The notes below the pieces were generated by a model. The model was not told the DNA's origin, made no database searches, and was given only the letters and a program-made list of their open reading frames with translations. From Halomicronema hongdechloris C2206 (GTDB taxonomy: Bacteria > Cyanobacteriota > Cyanobacteriia > Phormidesmidales > Phormidesmidaceae), in the NCBI RefSeq assembly GCF_002075285.3, contig NZ_CP021983.2, forward strand, positions 540,001 to 572,000: a stretch of DNA of 32,000 nucleotides, in the 5' to 3' direction. Positions 27,617-32,000 of the stretch are shown here, piece by piece (the first letter of the stretch is position 1; each line of letters starts with the position of its first letter). Both the position numbers and the translations under genes were made by a program.

Positions 27617-29380
27617 GTGCAACCGGTTGATGTGACGACACTAACGGCGATTTGCCACGACCTTCGTTGCCAATGGATACCGGCCCGTTGCGAGCAGGTT
27701 TATCAGCGCGATCGCACCACAGTATCTCTGGCCCTGCGCACCCTAACTGACCGCGGCTGGTTAACCCTATCCTGGCACCCCCAAGCGGCGCGGCTCCATC
27801 TAGATCATGCGCCGCCGCGGCAACCGGATACCTTCACCTTCAGCCAGCAACTCAAGCACCAGTTGGGGGGATTTGCCCTCGTCACCATCGAGACCATCGC
27901 TCCCTGGGAGCGAGTCTTGGATCTACAGTTTGCCCGCCGTCCTGGCGATCCAGTGCAATGGCATCTGTACGTAGAGGTGATGGGCAAGTACAGTAACGTC
28001 ATCTTGACCAATGCTCACAACCAAATTGTGACCGCGGCCCACCAGGTCAGTGAACAGCAGTCCCGAGTGCGTCCGATTTTAACGGGTGATGCTTACCAGC
28101 CACCGCCGCCCATCACCGCTGCCTTGCCCCACCAGGATGAGTCTCAAGCTCGCTGGCAAGAGCGGGTGGCTCTGGTCCCAGGCCCCCTGAAACGACGCCT
28201 GATGCAAGCCTATGGCGGGCTCAGCTCAGCCCTAACCCAATCGATGCTCACCACTGCCGGGTTAGGGCCAGATCTAAGGACTGACCAGCTCACCCAGGCC
28301 CAATGGACAGCCCTGTATCAAACCTGGCAAGCCTGGCTATGCCGCCTTGCCACCAGTGACTTTCAACCCGGTTGGACTGAGGATGGCTATACCGTCTTAG
28401 GATGGGGACTAATCCGGCCGGCGGCATCGGTACAGACATTACTGCGGGACTACTATAGTGACCAGCTCAATCGCCAGGCCTTTGAGCGGTTACGCCATCA
28501 GCTCAGCCAATTACTAAGCCATCGGTTGCAGAAGCTGCGCCAAAAGGAGGCTACGTTTCTGACCCGTCTCGACCAGTCAGAGCAAGCCGATCAAACCCGA
28601 CAATGGGCTGACCTTTTGATGGCCTACGGCCACCAGTGGCAGCCAGGCCTGACCCACATCACCTTGCCAGATTTCGAGACGGCAGAGCCGGTGACGATTC
28701 CGCTAATTCCCGAGAAAACGGCGGTGCAGAATGCCCAAGCCCTCTATAGGCAGCACCAAAAATTGAAACGGGCCCGCCAGGCCGTAAAACCACTGCTGGC
28801 GGAAGTGTGGGCAGAAACCGCTTACTTAGAGCAGGTGGAAGCTACCCTGATGCAGGTCAGTGCCTACAAAACGGTTGCCGATCTCGATGCGATCGCAGAG
28901 ATTCGAGACGAACTGGCCCAGCAAGGGTATCTCCCTACGGATCAGCGCATTCGGCAGAATCGCCACCAGGACGCCTTCCCATTCCATCGCTATATCAGCC
29001 CCAGTGGGTGTGACATCTTAATTGGCCGCAATAATCGCCAAAATGATCAGCTCACCTTTGGCATCGCCACCGATTACGATCTCTGGTTCCATAGCCAAGA
29101 GATCCCTGGCAGCCATCTACTGCTACGCCTGGCGCCCGGCCAGGCCCCGAGTGATGCCGACTTGCAATATGCAGCCAACCTGGCAGCTTATTTTAGCCGT
29201 GCCCGCCAGGCGGACCAGGTGCCCGTTATCTATACCCAGCTTAAACATGTCTACAAACCCAAAGGCGCCCGGCCCGGTATGGTGATCTATACCCATGAGA
29301 CCGTTCTCTGGGGATATCCCCAGGCTATCCAATCCCCACTACCGCCACATCCTGAAGCTACTGACTCTGTCAGCCAGTAA
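27617..29380 (+). CDS. rqcH: NFACT-family protein (RqcH / FbpA-like ribosome quality-control factor homolog)
   Basis: N-terminal MQPVDVTTLTAICHDLRCQWIPARCEQVYQRDR (NFACT-N). C-terminal DILIGRNNRQNDQLTF...DLWFHSQEIPGSHLLLR (NFACT-R). GTG 27617 with gaggcaagg upstream is preferred to TTG 27599. Confidence 0.8.
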   Translation: MQPVDVTTLTAICHDLRCQWIPARCEQVYQRDRTTVSLALRTLTDRGWLTLSWHPQAARLHLDHAPPRQPDTFTFSQQLKHQLGGFALVTIETIAPWERVLDLQFARRPGDPVQWHLYVEVMGKYSNVILTNAHNQIVTAAHQVSEQQSRVRPILTGDAYQPPPPITAALPHQDESQARWQERVALVPGPLKRRLMQAYGGLSSALTQSMLTTAGLGPDLRTDQLTQAQWTALYQTWQAWLCRLATSDFQPGWTEDGYTVLGWGLIRPAASVQTLLRDYYSDQLNRQAFERLRHQLSQLLSHRLQKLRQKEATFLTRLDQSEQADQTRQWADLLMAYGHQWQPGLTHITLPDFETAEPVTIPLIPEKTAVQNAQALYRQHQKLKRARQAVKPLLAEVWAETAYLEQVEATLMQVSAYKTVADLDAIAEIRDELAQQGYLPTDQRIRQNRHQDAFPFHRYISPSGCDILIGRNNRQNDQLTFGIATDYDLWFHSQEIPGSHLLLRLAPGQAPSDADLQYAANLAAYFSRARQADQVPVIYTQLKHVYKPKGARPGMVIYTHETVLWGYPQAIQSPLPPHPEATDSVSQ

Positions 29381-29483
29381 CGGCACCCTGGTTCACCTCT
29401 TCATCAGGTTCGCTTATCTGAAGCGCCCGGGGCAAGCGTAAACTTATATAACAAAAAGAGTGTACTGCTTGATACAATGTAAC

Positions 29484-29675
29484 ATGAAGAACGGAAAAGC
29501 CAGCCCACTATCGTCGGCATATATTCCTGGCTTATCAGCTGGGAATCCGGTTGCAAAGCTGCAGGGTTGGCCTATTACCGTGCCAAGAATTTTTGGACGG
29601 TTTCCTCCGTTTGAAAGAGCAACGTGGTTTTAATTTATCGTCAATCGGCTTCTAGCGGAGCCGATTTTTTGTTTT
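29484..29675 (+). ncRNA. Candidate orphan small transcript: a structured sRNA, or a leaderless mRNA for a 49-codon ORF (29484-29633)
   Basis: Extended -10-like TGaTACAAT at 29470-29478. Local hairpins: aagccag/ctggctt, cagct/agctg, ttggc/gccaa, and ggacgg-uuuccu-ccguuu. A strong intrinsic terminator sits at 29643-29675. The ORF MKNGKASPLSSAYIPGLSAGNPVAKLQGWPITVPRIFGRFPPFERATWF has no SD and uses many codons that are rare in neighbouring genes. Confidence 0.3.
29643..29675 (+). terminator. Rho-independent terminator
   Basis: 8-bp stem aatcggct (29643-29650) / agccgatt (29659-29666) with loop tctagcgg, followed by ttttttgtttt. Confidence 0.75.
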
Positions 29676-29677
29676 CG

Positions 29678-29702
29678 TAATCTAGCCTTTTAATCTAGCC
29701 TT
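29678..29702. repeat. Tandem direct repeat taatctagcctt x2 (13-bp period)
   Basis: Exact 12-mers at 29678-29689 and 29691-29702, immediately after the terminator and about 400 bp upstream of isiA. Confidence 0.7.
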
Positions 29703-30101
29703 CGGGGGCAGTGGGTAGACCACTGGGGGCGGTTACTCCAGCCAGCACCAGGGCAAATGCGGCATCGGAGCGTCATATTGTTACATAAGTTCATTAATGG
29801 TTAGGGGAATCTAGCGCCTTGCCCTATACTTTAATGCCAGGATCCTATTGACTATTTATCTCATTAAGGGCATCCTGATTATGACCAGGTGACAGTCCAC
29901 CCAGAGTTCCCTATTCCTGCATGGACTCTCCTCTGGCGCTCTCTCTAGGGAACTCTGGTTTCTTTCCTGGTTAGTGTTCTGATCTATTCCGCGGTTTAGA
30001 TCCTGTCAGAGCTAAGTGAGAATTTGTCTCACGGGCTATCTTTTGTGATGGGGTCTCCGATGTAGCTTATTGCAATAAAATCTCTTTAATGGAGGTGTTG
30101 A

Positions 30102-31130
30102 GTGCAGACCTACGACAATCCCAAGATCCGATACGAGTGGTGGGCGGGTAATGCTCGCTTCGCCAATCTGTCAGGGCTATTCATCGCCGCCCATGCGGCT
30201 CAGGCGGCCCTGATTACCCTGTGGGCAGGGGCATTTACCTTGTTTGAGATATCCCGCTATAGCGCCGAGGTCCCCATGGGGGAGCAAGGGTTGATCCTAC
30301 TGCCCCATTTGGCCACGTTAGGCTTTGGTGTGGGTGAAGGGGGGCAAGTCGTCACGACGTATCCATTCTTCGTTATCGGCGCCATTCATCTGATTTCATC
30401 GGCCGTGCTAGGGGCAGGGGGGCTGTTCCATGCCCTGCGGGCTCCCAGCGACTTGAAAGACGCCAAGGGGATTGCCCGGCGTTTCCATTTCGACTGGGAT
30501 GACCCGAAGCAATTGGGCATTATTCTTGGTCATCATCTCCTGTTTTTAGGCATGGGTGCCCTGTTATTGGTGGGCAAAGCCATGTATTGGGGCGGGCTGT
30601 ACGATGCCGCCTCTGAAATGGTGCGAGTTGTGACTCAACCCACTCTAGATCCCTTGGTGATCTACGGGTATCAGACGCACTTTGCCAGCGTCGACAACCT
30701 TGAGGATCTCGTCGGTGGTCACATCTATGTGGGGCTACTGTTGATTGCCGGAGGCATCTGGCATATTGTGCGGGAACCTCTGCCCTGGGCTAAGCGGGTG
30801 CTAATTTTCTCTGGAGAAGCGATTTTGTCTTACTCTCTGGGGGGCATTGCCCTGGCAGGGTTTGTGGCTGCTTATTTCTGTGCAGTGAATCCTTTGGCCT
30901 ATCCGGTTGAGTTTTATGGGCCGTTGCTGGAGGTTAAATTTGGGGTCAGCCCTTATTTTGCCGACACCATAGAGTTGCCGATGGGAGCCCATACGGCCCG
31001 GTGTTGGTTGGCTAATGCCCACTTTTTCCTGGCCTTCTTCTTTTTGCAGGGCCATCTGTGGCACGCTCTACGGGCCATGGGCTTCGACTTCCGGCGGGTA
31101 GAGAGGGCTCTCAGTGCCGTTGAGGGCTAA
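30102..31130 (+). CDS. isiA: Iron-stress-induced chlorophyll-binding protein IsiA (CP43') / Pcb-family antenna
   Basis: 342 aa from GTG 30102 (SD ggagg at 30091-30095). [49 protein letters not shown] is the IsiA/Pcb N-terminus. The length shows it lacks the large lumenal loop of CP43. Confidence 0.9.
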   Translation: MQTYDNPKIRYEWWAGNARFANLSGLFIAAHAAQAALITLWAGAFTLFEISRYSAEVPMGEQGLILLPHLATLGFGVGEGGQVVTTYPFFVIGAIHLISSAVLGAGGLFHALRAPSDLKDAKGIARRFHFDWDDPKQLGIILGHHLLFLGMGALLLVGKAMYWGGLYDAASEMVRVVTQPTLDPLVIYGYQTHFASVDNLEDLVGGHIYVGLLLIAGGIWHIVREPLPWAKRVLIFSGEAILSYSLGGIALAGFVAAYFCAVNPLAYPVEFYGPLLEVKFGVSPYFADTIELPMGAHTARCWLANAHFFLAFFFLQGHLWHALRAMGFDFRRVERALSAVEG

Positions 31131-31218
31131 CTGATAGCCAGAGTTTGCCTCTCTGCTAAGGCTGGTTTCGTGCCGAGCCGGGCTCAGGCAATAAGGTTCC
31201 CTCCCAAGCGGGACGGAT

Positions 31219-31252
31219 GCGTCGGGTAGTGCCGTTACCCGGCGCTTTCTTA
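31219..31252 (+). terminator. Probable intrinsic terminator of isiA
   Basis: 10-bp stem gcgtcgggta (31219-31228) / tacccggcgc (31236-31245) with one G-U pair and loop gtgccgt, followed by tttctt. Confidence 0.45.
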
Positions 31253-31253
31253 G

Positions 31254-31733
31254 TTAGGGGCTCTTCGTATCTGTGTCGATGTATTCCCGCCAGCGTTGGA
31301 TATGGGTGCCTTGTATGTCAATTGCGATCGCATCCTCGGCAGTGGACACCTGACCGCTAGATCGCTCCACCTCCTGCCAAGACCACTCCACCATGGCCCG
31401 GTTCTCCTGAATCACGACATTGCGGATATCAATGGCAGTGACCTGATGGGTGGCCATGAACGTTTGACAGGCCTGCAAAATTGCCTCTGGCCCTTGCCAG
31501 CACTGCCCCGGCACGATGAATTCTCCCGTGGGGCCAAACAGGGTGGCAAAGGCCTGGCCGTCCCCTTGCAACCAGGCGCGTCGAGCTAGTTGGATGACGG
31601 TTTGCATCATCACAGATGGATCCATGGTCTGAGTCGCCCCCCGGGTAGGAAAGATAATGGCGAGGAGGCCATAGGTCGAGAATGCGCGTCGATACACGAA
31701 AGTCGAGGAAATGTCGGCAATTCTGGCAGTCAT
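31254..31733 (-). CDS. SnoaL/NTF2-like fold protein, possibly with an N-terminal Tat-like signal
   Basis: The C-terminal 120 aa (AFATLFGPTGEFIVPG...AMVEWSWQ...IQRWREYIDT) looks like a SnoaL/ketosteroid-isomerase-like domain. ATG 31733 avoids overlap with the upstream hydrolase gene and adds YRRAFSTYGLLAIIFPTRGA. ATG 31625 is the alternative start. Confidence 0.55.
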   Translation of the reverse strand: MTARIADISSTFVYRRAFSTYGLLAIIFPTRGATQTMDPSVMMQTVIQLARRAWLQGDGQAFATLFGPTGEFIVPGQCWQGPEAILQACQTFMATHQVTAIDIRNVVIQENRAMVEWSWQEVERSSGQVSTAEDAIAIDIQGTHIQRWREYIDTDTKSP

Positions 31734-31755
31734 CGATGGTCTTTGCCCTAGCCCC

Positions 31756-32000
31756 TCATAGCAGCGTCTGTCGGAAAAAGTCGAGGGTTTCTTGCCAGGC
31801 CGCCGCCGCCGCCTCAGGGACATAACGTTGGCCAGAGGGATTGGCGAAGGCGTGGCCAGCCCCTTCATAGACATGAACGTCGACCGACTTGTCCAGGTCT
31901 GTCAGGGTCGACTCGAAGGCCCGCACCTGCTCCAGGGGAATTGAGCGATCTTCTGCCCCAAAGATGCCAAGAATCGGCATTTGCAAGGGCTCTAACCGAC
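31756..32000 (-). CDS. Dienelactone hydrolase-family protein, 5'-partial (continues beyond the right edge)
   Basis: C-terminal ...PILGIFGAEDRSIPLEQVRAFESTL...VHVYEGAGHAFANP... is the typical DLH catalytic His region. The frame is open to the window end. Confidence 0.75.
   Translation of the reverse strand, partial: RLEPLQMPILGIFGAEDRSIPLEQVRAFESTLTDLDKSVDVHVYEGAGHAFANPSGQRYVPEAAAAAWQETLDFFRQTLL

Noticed and set aside
29541-29575. gggaatccggttgcaaagctgcaggg resembles part of the cobalamin riboswitch core (GGGAA-CCGGUG-AAA)
   Set aside because: I found no B12 box (GCCACTG) downstream, no second CCGG pairing partner and no B12-related gene following. The similarity is too short to support.
29840-29875. 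Possible Fur box (attgactatttatctcattaag) upstream of isiA
   Set aside because: It matches only loosely to the GATAATGATAATCATTATC consensus. I kept it as a hypothesis within a finding but not as a feature.
31734-31874. Longer version (206 aa, start 31874) of the SnoaL-like ORF
   Set aside because: It would overlap the last roughly 40 codons of the dienelactone hydrolase gene. The extra residues (RRRRRPGKKPS...) look like out-of-frame translation of that gene.
1-32000. Search for CRISPR arrays, rRNA genes, intact IS elements, integrases, toxin-antitoxin pairs and known defence-system genes
   Set aside because: I saw no regularly spaced repeats. I recognised no rRNA-like sequence, integrase, recombinase or full transposase ORF, and no defence-system-type domains (nucleases, ATPases, reverse transcriptases, TIR/SIR2) in any ORF.

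Overview
This is a cyanobacterial chromosomal window. Supporting evidence: HIP1 octamers (GCGATCGC) recur through the GC-rich parts, and the genes include chlB, an isiA/CP43'-type antenna, an Hlip, class I FBP aldolase, pyruvate dehydrogenase E2, acyl-ACP synthetase-like Aas, SufE, RemA/DUF370 and an RqcH/NFACT homolog. Most of the window is ordinary core genome. Sampled 60-nt lines there give about 58% G+C.

The clear accessory region lies at about 20.57-26 kb. It is an AT-rich block (sampled lines 32-37% G+C, no HIP1 seen) carrying five same-strand genes: two PAPS-type sulfotransferases, a GT2, a GT4 and a GT11-like (fucosyltransferase-like) glycosyltransferase. Its left edge abuts a GC-rich transposase-like HTH fragment and appears to truncate the terminal sulfotransferase. 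I read it as a horizontally acquired glycan-sulfation module with no exporter or polymerase in view.

Other points worth a second look:
- A large soluble hybrid histidine kinase (1-3780, minus strand) has a first GAF domain with both a DXCF motif and a Cys-His dyad 28 residues apart, as expected for a DXCF cyanobacteriochrome.
- An apparent frameshift in a G3C5 run removes the conserved C-terminal lysine motif of Aas.
- An orphan unit upstream of isiA combines an extended -10 promoter, about 190 nt of structured RNA or a 49-codon ORF, and a strong intrinsic terminator.
- A decay zone at 3.9-4.5 kb holds an IS-like remnant, a 125-bp palindromic element and a GNAT gene stub.
- A roughly 130-bp polypyrimidine/polypurine tract has G-quadruplex potential on the minus strand.

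I found no CRISPR array, rRNA or intact transposase. All family assignments come from motif recognition by eye and need database confirmation.
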